A stretch of 39,008 nt of DNA from a virus (IMGVR_UViG_2737471857_000016:1-39008); one strand, 5' to 3'. Shown: positions 28,266-39,008, counted from the first letter of the stretch. The notes: a model not told the origin generated them from the sequence alone. Numbers and translations are program-made.

Positions 28266-28720
28266 TGATTCAGTTCAAACCAACGCGAAACATCGACCTG
28301 ATCGAAGCAGTAGGAAATCACCCTGACATTATCGCCGGGAGCAACAACGGTGATGGATACGACTACAAACCTGATTGCCGTTACTTTGAGGTGAACGTGC
28401 ACGGGCAGTTCGGCGGCATTGTTTACTATCAGGAGATTCAGCCGCTGACATTCGATTGCCACGCCATGTACCTGCCAGAGATTCGCGGCTTCAGCAAGGA
28501 AATCGGGCTGGCGTTCTGGCGATACATTCTGACTAACACCACCGTTCAGTGCGTCACATCGTTCGCTGCGCGCAAATTCCGCCACGGTCAGATGTACTGC
28601 GCAATGATTGGCCTTAAGCGTGTAGGAACCATCAAGAAATACTTCAAAGGCGTGGATGACGTGACGTTTTACAGCGCCACACGCGAAGAACTAATCGACT
28701 TCCTGAATCACGGGAGATAG
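28265..28720 (+). CDS. gp14-like protein
   Basis: Position between needle and gp7-like gene as P22 gene 14; GGAG SD. Confidence 0.5.
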   Translation: MIQFKPTRNIDLIEAVGNHPDIIAGSNNGDGYDYKPDCRYFEVNVHGQFGGIVYYQEIQPLTFDCHAMYLPEIRGFSKEIGLAFWRYILTNTTVQCVTSFAARKFRHGQMYCAMIGLKRVGTIKKYFKGVDDVTFYSATREELIDFLNHGR

Positions 28721-28722
28721 CC

Positions 28723-29418
28723 ATGTTATATGCATTTAAGCTGGGCAGAAAACTGCGCGGCGAGGAACCTTATTGCCCTGAAAAAGGCGGGAAAGGTGGC
28801 AGCTCTGATAAAAGCGCAAAGTATGCAGCAGAAGCTCAGAAGTATGCTGCAGACCTGCAAAATCAGCAGTTCAACACCATCATGAACAACCTGAAGCCGT
28901 TTACTCCTCTGGCTGATAAGTATGTCGGCAGCCTCGAGAACTTATCGTCTCTGGAAGGGCAAGGTCAGGCACTTAACCAGTATTACAACTCTCAGCAGTA
29001 CAAAGATCTTGCTGGTCAGGCTCGCTATCAGAGTCTGGCGGCAGCGGAAGCAACAGGTGGATTGGGTTCCACTGCAACCGGTAATCAGTTAGCAACAATC
29101 GCACCAACGCTTGGTCAGCAATGGCTATCTGGTCAGATGAACAACTACCAGAATCTGGCAAATATTGGTCTTGGCGCACTGCAAGGTCAGGCAAACGCCG
29201 GGCAAACATATGCCAACAACATGAGTCAGATTTCACAGCAAAGCGCGGCTCTTGCAGCGGCAAACGCCAACAGGCCATCAGCAATGCAATCTGCTATTGG
29301 CGGAGGTGCGTCTGGTGCCATTGCTGGGGCTGGACTTGCGAAATTAATTGGTTCATCAACTCCGTGGGGTGCTGGTATCGGTGCTGGTATCGGTCTGCTT
29401 GGTTCACTACTTTATTAA
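28723..29418 (+). CDS. gp7-like ejection (internal virion) protein
   Basis: 231 aa, Gln/Ala-rich; order and size as P22 gp7. Confidence 0.65.
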   Translation: MLYAFKLGRKLRGEEPYCPEKGGKGGSSDKSAKYAAEAQKYAADLQNQQFNTIMNNLKPFTPLADKYVGSLENLSSLEGQGQALNQYYNSQQYKDLAGQARYQSLAAAEATGGLGSTATGNQLATIAPTLGQQWLSGQMNNYQNLANIGLGALQGQANAGQTYANNMSQISQQSAALAAANANRPSAMQSAIGGGASGAIAGAGLAKLIGSSTPWGAGIGAGIGLLGSLLY

Positions 29419-29428
29419 GGGGTAATCA

Positions 29429-30844
29429 ATGGCTACGTGGCAGCAGGGTATTAATTCTGGTGGTTTTCTGGCTGGCATCGGTACGCAAAATGAGAATGCG
29501 CCAAAGGCAAGCGACATTAACGCAACGCTTGGTCTGATCCGCGAAAACAATGAGTTGGCTCGCTCAGGTGCAAATAACGTTGGTCTGACCGCGTTACGTG
29601 GTCTGGCTGGAGTTGCTGATATTTACAATCAGGAACAGCAACAGAAAGCGATTAGTGCGTTCAATAAGGTTCACGCTGATGCATGGGCTTCTGGTGATCC
29701 ATCGGGACTATTTAAGTTTGCCCAGGAAAATCCAGCGTTTGTTGCACAGGCACAACAGGCGTTTTCTGGTCTTAATGATCAGCAACGCAACGATATGGGC
29801 GATTTAGCCATGAGGGCTAACGTCGCTCTTTCTCAGGGACCGGAAGCCTACAGTAAATTCATTACTAACAACAAGGACAGGTTAAATCGCGTTGGTGCTA
29901 ATGCTGACTGGATGATTCAGACAGGTATCCAGAATCCAGAGCAGCTATCACACATGCTGACTACTATGTCTCTCGGTGCGCTTGGACCAGAAAAGGCGTT
30001 TGCTGTTCAGGATAAGATGGCTGGTCGTGAAATTGACCGAGGCAGGCTGGCAGAGACAATCCGCAGCAATCAGGCTGGTGAAGCACTTCAGGCGAGAGGG
30101 CAAAACCTTTCCTATCAGTCAGCAATGACTGGGCACAATATCGCAGCACAACGCTTGGCTCTGGATCAGCAAGAGTTCGGGTTTAAGATGCAGCAAGCGC
30201 AGGAAAAGGCTCAGCAGTTGATTAGTGAAGCACCTAAGCTGTCAGTAAACATGGAAAAAGGCATCGAGACGGCTGTAAACAATGCCACAGCATCATCAAA
30301 CTCAGCCAATTCTATGAGTGCGCTTGCTCAACAGTTCAGAGCAGAAAAACCAACGACAGGTTTGTTCGGTAACGCACAGAACATGTTCGCAAAACTTACC
30401 GGAAGCGATACGACATTGCGTGATTTGCGCATCCGCCAAAATGCCCTTGTTAACAGTCAGGTTCTTAAATTCCTACCTCCCGGCCCAGCAACGGATAAAG
30501 ACGTTGAGATCGTTCGGCAGGGTGCGCCAACTGACATGGATAACCCTGAGACGGTCGCAAGATGGCTTGATGCAATGGCAAACCTTGAGCGACGAAACGC
30601 GCAGTTTAATGAGTTTAAAGCTGAGTGGATGAGCGCGAATGGCAATCCTGGACAATCGCGTAATGGCGGTCAGATATTGGGGTTGGATGTTAAAAAAGGT
30701 GAATCATTGGGGAGTGCCGTTAAGCGGTATATGTCATTGAATACTGACGCAGCGCCAGCACAAGATTCGACACCTTCAGGAGAACCACGGAATCAGGTTG
30801 GATCATATACCTCAAAATCAGGCATTCAATTTACGGTGGAATGA
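29429..30844 (+). CDS. gp20-like ejection protein
   Basis: 471 aa, same length and position as P22 gp20. Confidence 0.7.
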   Translation: MATWQQGINSGGFLAGIGTQNENAPKASDINATLGLIRENNELARSGANNVGLTALRGLAGVADIYNQEQQQKAISAFNKVHADAWASGDPSGLFKFAQENPAFVAQAQQAFSGLNDQQRNDMGDLAMRANVALSQGPEAYSKFITNNKDRLNRVGANADWMIQTGIQNPEQLSHMLTTMSLGALGPEKAFAVQDKMAGREIDRGRLAETIRSNQAGEALQARGQNLSYQSAMTGHNIAAQRLALDQQEFGFKMQQAQEKAQQLISEAPKLSVNMEKGIETAVNNATASSNSANSMSALAQQFRAEKPTTGLFGNAQNMFAKLTGSDTTLRDLRIRQNALVNSQVLKFLPPGPATDKDVEIVRQGAPTDMDNPETVARWLDAMANLERRNAQFNEFKAEWMSANGNPGQSRNGGQILGLDVKKGESLGSAVKRYMSLNTDAAPAQDSTPSGEPRNQVGSYTSKSGIQFTVE

Positions 30845-32682
30845 TGAAAGTAACTGCAAACGGTAAGACATTTACCTTCCCTGATGGTACGAGCACGGAA
30901 GATATTGGAGCCGCCATTGATGATTATTTTGCTGGTCAGGTTGTTCAGCAACAAACAGTTAATCAGGCCAATAATGCACCAGTACGTGAAGAACCATCAT
31001 TGATGCAACAAGCTGGCGATTGGCTCACTGGTGGTCAAAGTGCAGGGCAAATTGCAGAACAGGCTGGTCGTGGTCTGGTAAACATACCATTTGACGTATT
31101 GCAGGGTGGCGCAAGTCTGATTAATGCAATCAGTCAGGGGCTTGGTGGGCCAAAAGTTTTGGATGATGTTTATCGTCCAGTAGACAAACCGACAGACCCA
31201 TACGCACAAGCCGGTGAAACAATTGGTGGGTATTTAGTTCCAGGAGTTGGAACGGCAGGAAGCATGGCTATTGGATCGCTGGCAGAGGCCGCAAATCAGA
31301 AAGGCGATTTCGCACAAAATGCAGCTAAAAATGCCGGAGTTAACCTTGCCGCTCAGGGTGTTCTTTCCGCAGCAGCAAAGGGAATAGGGCGTGGAATAAC
31401 GGCTATAAAAGGTGATATTGCGCCAGAAGTGGCGAAGAAAATTGCCACATCAGAATCGATGGGCGTGACACCAATGACATCTGATGTTATCCCGCCGAAA
31501 AATGCTTTCACTCGCGGCCTTACTCAGGATGCCGAGGGGGCTTTGCTCGGGACGGGCTCAAAGCGAGCAGAGCAATATGCAACGCGGAGTAAGCTGGTAA
31601 GCAATTATTTTGACCGTTTTGGTGAGTACAACCCTGATGATGTGGTGAAATCTCTGACCACCACGTTAAGGGGGCGGAAGGATGCCGCTGGCGCTGTTAT
31701 CAATGACGTCACCAATAAAATGGGTAATGCCGCAGTTGATACCACAAATACCATGAATGCTCTGAATACAGCGATCGCAAGACAGGAACGGCTTGGGACG
31801 TCTGCCAATCAAAGCCTGCTTACATCCTTGCGTAACCTACGTGAAGAATTAGCAAACCCTGCAACTGATTTGGATGTTACGTTTGATCTCTTGCGTCAGC
31901 ACAGAACAGCATTTAGATCTAATGTTCAGGGAGATGCTATGGTCTTCCCCAACCAGGCAAAAGCAGCTACCAATATGGTAGAGAATGCAATGTCAAAAGA
32001 CCTTCGTAACGCAGTTGCTAAAAACCTCGGTGCATCAGACGCAGCAAAATACCTTAAAGCAAATTCCGATTATGCAAACGTTTATAATAAGGTGCTTAAT
32101 AAAAACATTGCCAACAAGCTCAACAAGGCAAGCAGTGAAGCCAGTCCTGAACTTATAAATACCGTTGTATTAAGCAGAAAACCATCTGACGTGAAACGAA
32201 TCTGGAGCGCACTGGATGATAAGGGGAAAGATGCTATGCGTGCAGCTTACGTCAGCAAAATAGCGGAAAAGGCCGGGGACTCTCCAGCCAAGTTCATCAC
32301 TGAAGTTAATAAGCTGAAATCTCAGTCAGGCGGTGAAATTTACAACACTATTTTTTCTGGAAAGCACATGAAAGAGCTTGATGCTCTTCATGAAGTTCTA
32401 CAGCAAACAGCAAGGTCAGACACCGCAAATGTAGTAACTCAGACGGGGCAATCGCAAGCCAACAGGATAAGGACGATTGGCGCAACTGCGACCCTTGGCG
32501 TATCAATGGGGCTTGAGGCTGGTTTTGGTGCAATGATGCGCTTGTATGAGTCCAAAGCAGCAAGGAATATGCTTCTTCGTTTGGCAAACACCAAAGCAGG
32601 AACACCAGCCTATGAAAGAGCGATAAATAACGCTGCGAATGCCATCAGACCGCTGTTTGCTACTGAGGCAACACAGCAGTAA
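30841..32682 (+). CDS. gp16-like ejection protein
   Basis: 613 aa, position and size as P22 gp16; ATGA overlap with gp20-like gene. Confidence 0.7.
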   Translation: MMKVTANGKTFTFPDGTSTEDIGAAIDDYFAGQVVQQQTVNQANNAPVREEPSLMQQAGDWLTGGQSAGQIAEQAGRGLVNIPFDVLQGGASLINAISQGLGGPKVLDDVYRPVDKPTDPYAQAGETIGGYLVPGVGTAGSMAIGSLAEAANQKGDFAQNAAKNAGVNLAAQGVLSAAAKGIGRGITAIKGDIAPEVAKKIATSESMGVTPMTSDVIPPKNAFTRGLTQDAEGALLGTGSKRAEQYATRSKLVSNYFDRFGEYNPDDVVKSLTTTLRGRKDAAGAVINDVTNKMGNAAVDTTNTMNALNTAIARQERLGTSANQSLLTSLRNLREELANPATDLDVTFDLLRQHRTAFRSNVQGDAMVFPNQAKAATNMVENAMSKDLRNAVAKNLGASDAAKYLKANSDYANVYNKVLNKNIANKLNKASSEASPELINTVVLSRKPSDVKRIWSALDDKGKDAMRAAYVSKIAEKAGDSPAKFITEVNKLKSQSGGEIYNTIFSGKHMKELDALHEVLQQTARSDTANVVTQTGQSQANRIRTIGATATLGVSMGLEAGFGAMMRLYESKAARNMLLRLANTKAGTPAYERAINNAANAIRPLFATEATQQ

Positions 32683-32706
32683 CGTATGGGAAATTGGATT
32701 CAATCG

Positions 32707-33096
32707 CTAACATTTTCTTTTTACTTTTCCAACAAAAGCTTTGGTTGAATCCATATTTCCATAACCGGAAATGGTTTTTGACATTAAAACTGTTCCAGTA
32801 GGATGTATTACCCATGAGTCGATAACGCGTTGAGTTTCGCCATTCGCGCCGATTCCTATGATGGAGTTTTTAGACAATGCTTTGTAAGCCATGCCGCCCG
32901 CATCTGTCCCAGAATATGTGATGCTGGCATCTTCACCGTTTGTCTTAATGATGAATGTTCCACTAAAACCATCTTCTTCCGGATGGAAATTATTTCGTTC
33001 TGAATAGCTTATTCCGCGCATATCTCCAACGACCCAGCACTCTGCTGTAGCCCCAAAAGATATGAATAAGAACATAGCAGTAAGAAATTGCTTCAC
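32707..33096 (-). CDS. secreted protein of unknown function (129 aa, signal peptide)
   Basis: N-terminal signal peptide MKQFLTAMFLFISFGATA; AT-rich gene opposite to the late operon, immediately after gp16-like gene. Confidence 0.6.
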   Translation of the reverse strand: MKQFLTAMFLFISFGATAECWVVGDMRGISYSERNNFHPEEDGFSGTFIIKTNGEDASITYSGTDAGGMAYKALSKNSIIGIGANGETQRVIDSWVIHPTGTVLMSKTISGYGNMDSTKAFVGKVKRKC

Positions 33097-33213
33097 GCCA
33101 ACCTCCTTAGTTTTGAGCAGGATACCATGAAAAAAGTAAACATCTTTTGCCTACTTCACATTTGAATGGTTTGTCATTAGGATGTTTCCGGTTTTTTAAA
33201 TATGGAAATTGAT

Positions 33214-33633
33214 ATGAAGAGGATTATTGGCGTCGTTGCTGGCGCTATATTGTTATCTGGGTGCGCAACTATTGTTGGTGACGAAACGCAGCTTGTGCAA
33301 GTGAACAGCAATCCTTCCGGTGCGAGCTTTAAGGTAAAAGACGAATCAGGCGTGATTGTTGCGCAAGGTAAGACCCCGCAAGGAGTAACTCTTGCCAAGT
33401 CAGATGGTAGTTATTTTGGCAAAAAGAGCTACCAGATCACTATGGAAAAGGATGGGTACGAACCAGTTACCCTGCCAATCAAAGCCAATGCTAATGGCTG
33501 GTATATTGGTGGAAACCTTGTGTTTGGTGGGTTAATTGGTTGGCTTGCTGTAGATCCTTTTAATGGTGGGATGTATACCTTGAAGCCAAAAGAGGCAAAC
33601 GCATCTCTTATACCATCAACAAAGCAAGACTAA
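33214..33633 (+). CDS. lipoprotein with PEGA-like domain and C-terminal glycine-zipper segment (alt start 33202)
   Basis: Lipobox LLSGC after signal sequence; PEGA-like pattern (SNPSGASFKV…GKTPQGV…KDGYEPV); Gly-rich hydrophobic C-terminus GGNLVFGGLIGWLAV. Confidence 0.65.
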   Translation: MKRIIGVVAGAILLSGCATIVGDETQLVQVNSNPSGASFKVKDESGVIVAQGKTPQGVTLAKSDGSYFGKKSYQITMEKDGYEPVTLPIKANANGWYIGGNLVFGGLIGWLAVDPFNGGMYTLKPKEANASLIPSTKQD

Positions 33634-33640
33634 TAAATAG

Positions 33641-33668
33641 GACCCACCTTCAGGTGGGTTTTTTGTAC
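33641..33668. terminator. bidirectional intrinsic terminator
   Basis: ACCCACC-TTCA-GGTGGGT hairpin with T-run on plus strand and U-rich tract on minus; between lipoprotein gene and mnt. Confidence 0.6.
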
Positions 33669-33901
33669 AAATCCTTCAGCGTATCAAACACCATCTTCTT
33701 AACAAGCTCTGACTGCTCATCAGCGAGTCGTTCTGCATCGTCGCGATATCCAGTCACAGGCGATGGTTTTGATAGAGCATCTTGGACGATTTGTAACAAC
33801 TCGGAGTTCATTGATCTCCCATTCGCCTCCGCCCTGAATTTTAATTTCTCCCTTACTTCCATAGGCATACGGAAGTTAAAGTGCGGATCATCTCTAGCCA
33901 T
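33650..33901 (-). CDS. mnt: Mnt repressor (ribbon-helix-helix)
   Basis: 83 aa; sequence recognised as P22 Mnt (MARDDPHFNFRMPMEVREKLKFRAE...). Confidence 0.85.
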   Translation of the reverse strand: MARDDPHFNFRMPMEVREKLKFRAEANGRSMNSELLQIVQDALSKPSPVTGYRDDAERLADEQSELVKKMVFDTLKDLYKKPT

Positions 33902-33922
33902 GCCATCACTCCAAGTTAGTGT

Positions 33923-33976
33923 ATTGACATGATAGAAGCACTCTACTATATTCTCAATAGGTCCACGGTGGACCTA
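33923..33976. promoter_or_regulatory. immI control region: Pant (-35 TTGACA, -10 TATATT), O-arc and O-mnt operators
   Basis: O-arc ATGATAGAAGCACTCTACTAT (33928..33948); O-mnt palindrome ATAGGTCCACGGTGGACCTAT (33956..33976). Confidence 0.7.
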
Positions 33977-33991
33977 TATTGTGAGGTGAAT

Positions 33992-34153
33992 ATGAAAGGA
34001 ATGAGCAAGATGCCGCAGTTCAATTTGCGGTGGCCTAAAGAAGTATTGGATTTGGTCCGCAAGGTGGCGGAAGAGAATGGTCGGTCTGTTAACTCTGAGA
34101 TTTATCAGAGAGTAATGGAAAGCTTTAAGAAGGAAGGGCGCATTGGCGCGTAA
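33992..34153 (+). CDS. arc: Arc repressor
   Basis: 53 aa [53 protein letters not shown]; GAGGTGA SD. Confidence 0.85.
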   Translation: MKGMSKMPQFNLRWPKEVLDLVRKVAEENGRSVNSEIYQRVMESFKKEGRIGA

Positions 34154-34221
34154 AGTTGAAGCCCCAACTGCGGGAACAGTCAGGGCTTCGGTTGTCAGTA
34201 AATCCGTGGAGAAAAACCAAC

Positions 34222-35124
34222 ATGAATAGTATAGCAATTTTAGAAGCAGTGAACACCTCTTATGTACCATTCAACGGTCAGCAAATTATCACCGCCATGG
34301 CTGCCGGAGTTGCATATGTTGCGATGAAGCCAATCGTTGAAAACCTTGGAATGAGCTGGTCAACGCAGCAAACAAAACTCATGAAGCAGATTAGCAAATT
34401 CAACTGTGTTCATATGAACATGGTTGCCGCTGATGGGAAGCTTCGTAAGCTACTCTGCCTTCCTTTGAAGAAGTTAAATGGATGGCTGTTCAGCATCAAC
34501 CCTGAGAAAGTTCGTGCTGACATCCGTGATAAACTGATTCAGTACCAGGAAGAATGCTTTACTGTACTGCATGACTACTGGACAAAGGGAAAGGCAGAAA
34601 ATGCACGTAAGAAAACATCTGTTGATGACAGGACTCAGCTTCGTGATGCTGTAAATATGCTAGTCAGCAAAAAGCATCTAATGTACCCAGAAGCTTATGC
34701 AATGATTCATCAGCGTTTCAATGTGGAAAGTATTGAAGAGCTTGATGCATCTCAGATACCGCAAGCCGTAGAGTACATCCACAGGGTAGTGCTTGAAGGT
34801 GAATTTATCGGCAAACAAGAGAAGAAAACCAACGAGCTTTCTGCAAAAGAAGCAAACAGCCTTGTATGGTTATGGGATTATGCCAACCGCTCACAGGCAT
34901 TATTCCGCGAACTGTATCTGGCGCTAAAACAAATTCAATCGAACTATTCCGGCAGATGCTACGACTATGGCCATGAGTTCTCGTATGTTATCGGAATGGC
35001 GAGAGACGTTTTAATCAATCACACACGAGATGTTGATATTAATGAGCCAGACGGACCAACGAATCTTTCCGCATGGATGAGACTTAAGAATAAAGAATTA
35101 CCTCCTTCAGTACATAACTACTGA
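34222..35124 (+). CDS. ant: Ant antirepressor
   Basis: 300 aa from ATG 34222 ([10 protein letters not shown]...), downstream of arc as in P22. Confidence 0.8.
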   Translation: MNSIAILEAVNTSYVPFNGQQIITAMAAGVAYVAMKPIVENLGMSWSTQQTKLMKQISKFNCVHMNMVAADGKLRKLLCLPLKKLNGWLFSINPEKVRADIRDKLIQYQEECFTVLHDYWTKGKAENARKKTSVDDRTQLRDAVNMLVSKKHLMYPEAYAMIHQRFNVESIEELDASQIPQAVEYIHRVVLEGEFIGKQEKKTNELSAKEANSLVWLWDYANRSQALFRELYLALKQIQSNYSGRCYDYGHEFSYVIGMARDVLINHTRDVDINEPDGPTNLSAWMRLKNKELPPSVHNY

Positions 35125-35143
35125 CAGATAACCAACGCAACGA

Positions 35144-35167
35144 CCCAGCTTCGGCTGGGTTTTTTTA
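35144..35167 (+). terminator. rho-independent terminator after ant
   Basis: CCCAGC-TTCG-GCTGGG followed by TTTTTTTAT. Confidence 0.7.
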
Positions 35168-35224
35168 TGCCCAAAATTCATCGTAGCCATGCTTCGGTGA
35201 TTCCTTGTATCTGGAGCAAATTAA

Positions 35225-37132
35225 ATGACAGACATTACAGCCAATGTGATCGTATCGATGCCTTCGCAACTCTTCACTATGGCTCGTTCTTTTAAAGCCG
35301 TAGCCAATGGCAAAATTTATATCGGTAAAATTGACACTGACCCTGTAAATCCTGAAAACCAGATTCAGGTTTATGTGGAAAACGAAGACGGTTCTCACGT
35401 TCCTGTTGAACAGCCAATCATCATTAACGCTGCTGGATATCCGGTATATAACGGACAGATTGCCAAGTTTGTAACCGTGCAAGGCCATTCTATGGCTGTT
35501 TATGATGCGTACGGTGCTCAGCAGTTCTATTTCCCTAATGTGCTTAAGTATGACCCTGACCAACTAAGGCCAGAGTTTGAGCAGTTTAAAGCAGATCTCG
35601 CAGGGAGCGAAGGAGCCAAGAAAGTTGGCATGGGTGAGAGAACTGTTTATGACAACCTGGATGATATCAAGCACTCCGGTAATTACGTAGACCTACAAGA
35701 GGCTATTGATATCACAAGATATCGCGACGATCTGTTAATTACTCCTGGTACATATACTGGAGAATACACTTCCGGAAACGCCAATCTCATTGGTACCGGA
35801 TATAATGTTATCTTTAAGCCAGACGTTGGCAAGACAAGCATTACACTATCTGAATCATCGCGATTATGGCAATATCGCCACGCGCAGAACTTCCTTATTG
35901 AGGGAAATATTTCCACACCACAAGGAATTGGCATAGCTTTTGGAACGTCTAATCTTGATGGCCGATGGAACTTTAGGGATATTGCCTTTGACGGTCTTGA
36001 TATTGGAGTTTACAAGCCAAAAGGGAACATTGGTAATACATATAAGCATTGTAGCTATTTGGCGTGTAATTACGGACATAAAGCGGTGTCTGATCCAACT
36101 ATGCACGTCGGAGCCGATACATGGAGGGATTGCCATTTCGCAGGAATTAACACGTACAGTATTTACCTTAATGGCGCTGTCGGCGGCCCTGCTCCTGGTG
36201 GTGGTCTAGATGGCGTGGCAATTCGTGATTGCATCATGGAGGCAAGCCAGGGTGGCGGAATTTATTTTAAGGGTAATGGGTTGGCCCCCGTCGTACCGCC
36301 GACTATCAGCAATGTATGGTTCGAATTGGTAGCCACCGCGACCACAGTAACTGTTGATGGGGTTCAGCAAGCCCCGAGGCAGTTAAAACTAGAAAATGTT
36401 CCGGTAACTGTTGCGGAAGGATGCTATTTTAACAATATTGAGCTGATAAGCTCTACTCTGGTGGCAAAAAACTGCAGGTTTGATAATGCGTCTGGTGTTT
36501 ATAGCATCAATGTTGATGACGGAAGTCAGATTATTGCGCATGACCTTATCGCAGGGGGTTCCGTCGGCGGTAAGATTCACGTTGAATCTGTGGCGAATGT
36601 TTCATTCCCTGTGGCTGATACACTGGATATGTCACTTCGTGGTACAAAGCTGAACGGAAGAATAAAGCGCCTATCCACTGGTGAGGTGCTAAACTCCCAG
36701 TCTTTTTCAGGAGCTGGTCCGTGGGCGTTTTTGGGAACGAGCACTGTAGACGCACCGTCAGTTACTGACGGTGTGTTGAGCGATACTTGTGCCCAATTGG
36801 TAATTCCTGCCGGATACACTTTATACTTGAATGTCTCGCCCGCCAATATAACGCAGTATTACCATATTGTGTGGGGATGCAGCCTTAAACTGGTAAGCGG
36901 CGATGTTGTCGCATCTATAGCCGACTCTGTATCACTTGGAGGGTTGTATACCTCTCCAGGCGAATGGGTCCATACTTTCGGAGTAGGGCAAACGAAAACC
37001 TCAGGGACTTGCCGTCTTAAGTTTCAGTCTATAAACGGGTGTGTAATTCGTATCAGTGACTACTTCGTTGCGACGTTTGCTAAAAAGCAAGATGCGTATG
37101 ATTTTGCAAATAGCAGAATGTCGATAGAATAA
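35225..37132 (+). CDS. tailspike protein (P22-type N-terminal head-binding domain + divergent receptor-binding domain)
   Basis: First ~110 aa (MTDITANV…[20 protein letters not shown]…VLKYDPDQ) match P22 gp9 N-terminus; remainder Gly/Asn-rich, consistent with a beta-helix. Confidence 0.85.
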   Translation: MTDITANVIVSMPSQLFTMARSFKAVANGKIYIGKIDTDPVNPENQIQVYVENEDGSHVPVEQPIIINAAGYPVYNGQIAKFVTVQGHSMAVYDAYGAQQFYFPNVLKYDPDQLRPEFEQFKADLAGSEGAKKVGMGERTVYDNLDDIKHSGNYVDLQEAIDITRYRDDLLITPGTYTGEYTSGNANLIGTGYNVIFKPDVGKTSITLSESSRLWQYRHAQNFLIEGNISTPQGIGIAFGTSNLDGRWNFRDIAFDGLDIGVYKPKGNIGNTYKHCSYLACNYGHKAVSDPTMHVGADTWRDCHFAGINTYSIYLNGAVGGPAPGGGLDGVAIRDCIMEASQGGGIYFKGNGLAPVVPPTISNVWFELVATATTVTVDGVQQAPRQLKLENVPVTVAEGCYFNNIELISSTLVAKNCRFDNASGVYSINVDDGSQIIAHDLIAGGSVGGKIHVESVANVSFPVADTLDMSLRGTKLNGRIKRLSTGEVLNSQSFSGAGPWAFLGTSTVDAPSVTDGVLSDTCAQLVIPAGYTLYLNVSPANITQYYHIVWGCSLKLVSGDVVASIADSVSLGGLYTSPGEWVHTFGVGQTKTSGTCRLKFQSINGCVIRISDYFVATFAKKQDAYDFANSRMSIE

Positions 37133-37137
37133 ATGAT

Positions 37138-37191
37138 ATTTCGGCATCAGTTTATAAATTACTGATGTCGAAATATGTGATTATTTTATTT
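37138..37191 (+). terminator. strong rho-independent terminator at end of late region
   Basis: 14-bp stem ATTTCGGCATCAGT / ACTGATGTCGAAAT with 9-nt loop, then T-rich tract. Confidence 0.7.
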
Positions 37192-37835
37192 AAATAACTT
37201 TAAACTTCTCATCAAGCCAGTCCGCCCACCACTGCATCATTTCTCTGCGCTTAATGTAGCGGATGCCTCACTATCACATAGTGATGGTTCATTACTGCTT
37301 TGTAGGATGGATAGAGAACTGAGGATAAAAATATATCCCAAAACCCCAAAATCTCATCTTTAGGATTTGCAGAAAGGGAGGCGTGAACAGATACCTGCGC
37401 ATGAAGACGGAACTAGTCCAGATGTGATATTTGTGGTGATCACATACATCATCAACGATGCTCGTTATGGTGAGTTTGATGACTACCCGCTGAAGTGAAA
37501 ATAGTGTTGTGTACCAAATTGCGTACCAAACTAAAATCACAAATCATGAAACCCTTGTTCATGGCGGTTCTCAGGGGTATTGCGCGTAATCGTGAAACAA
37601 AAAGGTAGATTGTTGCTTACCGTCATTCATCATTAGGTTAAATCCGTTGTTTCTGCTGTCTGCCAGAGTATCAAATATCACCGTGCTAATCAGCTTTAGC
37701 GCGACAATTTGACAGCGAGTGGCAACAGATCATGTCAGATAAAAATGAGAGGGTAGTCACATTTTCTTGCACTTTATTCCAGCCAGTTCATAAGTATTTC
37801 CGTAAAAAGAACAGCTATTTGAAACTCCTGAGGGT

Positions 37836-39008
37836 TTGCTGTTGAAACGCCGTCTTATTATTGCTGCTTCTTTGTTCATTTTTAACTTATCGTCTGGTTT
37901 TGCGGCGGAAAACATTCCTTTTTCACCTCAGCCTCCAGAGATTCATGCCGGCTCCTGGGTATTGATGGATTACACCACCGGTCAGATCCTCACCGCGGGT
38001 AATGAGCATCAACAGCGCAATCCCGCCAGCCTGACAAAGCTGATGACGGGCTATGTCGTGGATCGCGCTATCGATAGTCATCGCATTACGCCAGACGATA
38101 TTGTCACCGTGGGGCGCGATGCGTGGGCGAAAGATAATCCAGTGTTTGTCGGTTCTTCACTGATGTTTTTGAAAGAGGGCGATCGCGTATCGGTACGTGA
38201 TTTAAGCCGTGGTTTAATTGTGGATTCCGGAAATGACGCTTGTGTTGCACTGGCTGACTATATTGCCGGTGGGCAACGGCAGTTTGTTGAAATGATGAAC
38301 AACTATGCCGAGAAGCTGCATCTCAAGGATACGCATTTTGAAACAGTGCATGGTCTGGATGCACCAGGTCAGCATAGCTCGGCTTATGATTTAGCTGTGC
38401 TTTCTCGCGCTATCATCCACGGCGAGCCCGAGTTTTATCATATGTACAGTGAGAAAAGTCTCACCTGGAACGGTATCACCCAGCAAAACCGTAACGGGTT
38501 ATTGTGGGATAAAACCATGAATGTTGACGGCCTGAAAACGGGTCATACTTCTGGTGCCGGGTTTAATCTCATTGCTTCGTCTGCAGATGGGCAGCGTCGT
38601 CTCATTGCAGTGGTAATGGGGGCTGACAGTGCAAAAGGTCGTGAGAAAGAGGCAAGAAAATTACTGCGTTGGGGGCAACAAAACTTTCCCACGGTGCAAA
38701 TTTTGCACCGTGGGAAAAAGGTTGGTACGGAACGCATCTGGTATGGCGATAAAGAAAATATCGCCCTGGGAACGGAACAAGAGTTCTGGATGGTGCTACC
38801 GAAAGCCGAAATTCCACATATCAAAGCCAAATATACCCTTGATGGTAAAGAGCTCACTGCGCCAATTAGCGCCCATCAGCGGGTAGGGGAAATTGAACTT
38901 TACGACCGTGATAAACAGGTGGCGCACTGGCCGCTGGTTACCCTGGAATCTGTCGGGGAAGGCAGCATGTTTTCTCGCCTGAGTGATTATTTCCACCATA
39001 AGGCCTGA
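37836..39008 (+). CDS. dacD: D-alanyl-D-alanine carboxypeptidase DacD (PBP6b), host gene
   Basis: 390 aa (TTG start per track); signal peptide; SxxK motif (ASLTKLM), SGN, KTG; recognised as E. coli DacD. Confidence 0.9.
   Translation: MLLKRRLIIAASLFIFNLSSGFAAENIPFSPQPPEIHAGSWVLMDYTTGQILTAGNEHQQRNPASLTKLMTGYVVDRAIDSHRITPDDIVTVGRDAWAKDNPVFVGSSLMFLKEGDRVSVRDLSRGLIVDSGNDACVALADYIAGGQRQFVEMMNNYAEKLHLKDTHFETVHGLDAPGQHSSAYDLAVLSRAIIHGEPEFYHMYSEKSLTWNGITQQNRNGLLWDKTMNVDGLKTGHTSGAGFNLIASSADGQRRLIAVVMGADSAKGREKEARKLLRWGQQNFPTVQILHRGKKVGTERIWYGDKENIALGTEQEFWMVLPKAEIPHIKAKYTLDGKELTAPISAHQRVGEIELYDRDKQVAHWPLVTLESVGEGSMFSRLSDYFHHKA

Larger units (their letters stand above)
1..37192. mobile_element. P22-like mosaic prophage (partial: integrase/attL beyond left edge; right end before dacD)
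   Basis: Contiguous phage gene order: xis-like, early-left genes, cI/cro/cII, O/P-like, nin, Q, lysis, terminase, portal, coat, ejection proteins, immI, tailspike; host dacD follows. Confidence 0.85.

Noticed and set aside
37292-37540. 82-aa minus-strand ORF in the prophage/host junction
   Set aside because: AT-rich, no SD, hydrophobic low-complexity translation; likely non-coding junction DNA.

Overview
Almost the whole window (about 1..37190) is a mosaic P22-like (podovirus, lambdoid-regulated) prophage lying directly upstream of the host gene dacD (37836..39008, +). The integrase is presumably left of the window; the right phage/host junction is somewhere in 37192..37835. Order left to right: AlpA/Xis-like gene and a block of small accessory genes on the minus strand (Ea22-like and unknowns, separated by intrinsic terminators); recombination module (Rad52-family annealing protein, SSB, an HNH-like gene); cIII-like, Ral-like, N; nutL, OL/pL; a small polytopic membrane protein coupled to a lambda-like cI repressor (rex position); OR, cro, nutR, tR1, cII with an OOP-like antisense terminator; an O-like replication initiator interrupted by a frameshift inside its own 11-bp iteron array, plus a DnaB-like helicase; nin region (NinB/C/D/F/H-like, RusA); lambda-like Q with pR'/tR'; pinholin + SAR endolysin + Rz/Rz1; three small accessory genes; Sf6-like TerS/TerL/portal/scaffold/coat; P22-like gp4, gp10, tail needle, gp14/7/20/16 ejection proteins; a low-GC divergent cargo pair (secreted protein + lipoprotein); P22-type immI (mnt, operators, arc, ant); tailspike with P22-type N-terminal head-binding domain; strong terminator. 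The candidates I consider most likely to be undescribed or under-described biology are the cI-coupled membrane protein, the secreted-protein/lipoprotein cargo pair next to immI, and the iteron-expansion frameshift in the replication initiator. All homology statements are from reading the translations and from memory of phage lambda, P22 and Sf6 proteins; no searches were run.
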